Assembly (NCBI GenBank): GCA_046483865.1
Contig: JAWOCH010000314.1
Location: 1 to 35,306 of the forward strand
Source of the DNA: Candidatus Brocadiia bacterium
Lineage (GTDB): Bacteria; Planctomycetota; Brocadiia; SM23-32
Direction: 5' to 3'
DNA length: 35,306 nt
This document shows, in pieces, positions 34,183 to 35,306 of this stretch (its first letter is position 1; each line of letters opens with the position of its first letter). A program made the translations under genes and the position numbers. The notes beneath the pieces are model-generated. The model saw only the letters and a program-made list of their open reading frames with translations. It was not told where the DNA came from and ran no database searches.

Positions 34183-35306
34183 CTACTGATCCTGCTCTGG
34201 CTGGGACATCCCCGCAGGAAGCCAGTCGCTCAGACGCTCAACTCGCTCTGCTTCGCGCCGGGTGACTTCATTGGCTGCGGCTGCCGTGCGCATCACGTGC
34301 GGGGTGATGAAGGCGATCAGCTCCGTCGTGGTCAGGATCGTGTCCTTCTTGCTGAACAGCAGGCCCACCAGCGGTATGTGCCCCAGGATGGGCACGCGGT
34401 TGACGGTCTCGCTCTCGTTCTGACGGAAGATACCGCCAATGACTATCGTCTGGCCGTCTTCCACCGCAAGCTCCGACTCGAACGTGCGCGTGTCCAGGAT
34501 GAACCCGCCGAACAGCACCTCGCCAGGGCGGATCTGCGAGGATTCCACCTGGATTTCGGTCACCACGTTGTCTTCCTTGTTGATGTGTGGGGTGATGACC
34601 AGCTTGGTGCCTACCTCGCGGTACTCAAAGGCATCGTTGCGCGCCGTGGTGCCGGGTTCGCGCTGGGTCTCGGTGATGAACGGCACCTCGGCGCCGACAA
34701 ACACGGTGGCTTCCCGGTTGTTGTTGACGCTGAGGGACGGCTCGCTGACGATGTGGGCGTCGAACTGGCGCTCCAGGAACTGCACGAGCGCGGAAACGTC
34801 GAAGTCGGCCGTCAGCACCGTGTCGGTGGTGATCTCCTCCCAGGCCACGCCGAAGTTGCTCAGCAGACCGTTGTTGAAGTCATCGGTCTCGAAGATCGTC
34901 GAATCGGACGTCCAGCGCGTGCCCACCCGCGTCTCGTCGGTGCGGGTAAGCTCCACCAGCCGGACGCGCAGGAGCACCTTCGGCGACTCCACGTCCAGTT
35001 GCTCGATGAGCTGGCGCAGCACGTTGAAGTGCTGCACGGAAGTGGTGATCAGCAGGGCGTTGATCCGGGAGTCGGGCACAACACGGACTTTGCCGATCAA
35101 GTTGCTGATGGGACGCTCCTCTTCCTGCCCGCGCTGGCCGCGCATGCTCAGCAGCCATGAGTAGTATGCCTGCTGGGCGTCTTCGTCGCCCTCCCTGTCC
35201 GGACGGGCTACTCCCGGCGGCGCGAACAGGGTGTTGAGCCGGTCCGCCAGCTCCACAGCGTCAGCGTGTTTGAGCTGGTAGACCAGCGTGTTGGCGTATT
35301 CGGGCG
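34183..35306 (-). CDS. Secretin (type II/III secretion system GspD/PilQ family), 3' part; 5' end lies beyond the window
   Basis: Secretin C-domain: VPFITE..., RVPILGHIPLVGLLFSKK, ELIAFITPHV. The frame stays open to the window edge (..YANTLVYQLKHADAVELADRLN.. is a secretin N-domain-like segment). Confidence 0.85.
   Translation of the reverse strand, partial: PEYANTLVYQLKHADAVELADRLNTLFAPPGVARPDREGDEDAQQAYYSWLLSMRGQRGQEEERPISNLIGKVRVVPDSRINALLITTSVQHFNVLRQLIEQLDVESPKVLLRVRLVELTRTDETRVGTRWTSDSTIFETDDFNNGLLSNFGVAWEEITTDTVLTADFDVSALVQFLERQFDAHIVSEPSLSVNNNREATVFVGAEVPFITETQREPGTTARNDAFEYREVGTKLVITPHINKEDNVVTEIQVESSQIRPGEVLFGGFILDTRTFESELAVEDGQTIVIGGIFRQNESETVNRVPILGHIPLVGLLFSKKDTILTTTELIAFITPHVMRTAAAANEVTRREAERVERLSDWLPAGMSQPEQDQ

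Noticed and set aside
1-35306. Search by eye for CRISPR arrays, rRNA, integrase/att duplications, a reverse transcriptase (retron/DGR) and classic small toxin-antitoxin pairs.
   Set aside because: No regularly spaced direct repeats, no rRNA-like stretches, no integrase or RT motifs, and no duplicated tRNA 3' end were seen. The only repeats found are the REP-like cluster and the tandem decamer reported above.

Overview
This is a high-GC (about 65% by hand counts) chromosomal segment from a diderm bacterium, with no rRNA and no CRISPR array. Phylum cannot be assigned from this window. From left to right it contains the following. (1) An LPS/Kdo block: Kdo/WaaP-family kinase, cupin, kdsD and kdsC, followed by an SDR oxidoreductase and an M20 peptidase. 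(2) A lower-GC GIY-YIG-like mini-gene followed by a cluster of REP-like GC hairpins. (3) A minus-strand pair encoding a membrane-anchored DUF362 protein and a GH52-like glycosidase. (4) An FKBP/Mip-type PPIase and a GH43 plus discoidin-domain glycosidase. (5) An 8.5-kb nitrogen-assimilation supercluster: amtB-glnK, then glnA and a five-gene split archaeal/Thermotoga-type glutamate synthase. Near-consensus sigma54 (-24/-12) promoters sit in front of amtB and glnA. (6) An unusual HAD-phosphatase::YvcK (UPF0052/CofD-like) fusion gene. (7) pyrF, an FmdB zinc-ribbon gene, an OsmC-like gene and a rubrerythrin-like ferritin gene. (8) tRNA-Ala(CGC), followed by a roughly 3-kb low-GC islet. The islet carries an IS256-family transposase remnant and a 5'-truncated orphan Rhs tip. 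That tip ends in an unrecognised Cys-rich 138-aa toxin-like domain. A translationally coupled 457-aa membrane-anchored protein follows it and is a candidate immunity partner. (9) A tripartite ABC efflux operon (HlyD adaptor, ABC ATPase, FtsX-type permease, TolC lipoprotein). (10) The 3' part of a secretin gene running off the window. The Rhs tip/partner islet is the best candidate for an undescribed system. The HAD-YvcK fusion, the GIY-YIG-like insert and an orphan intrinsic terminator (possible sRNA) are secondary leads. All family calls come from motif recognition by eye; no database search was run.
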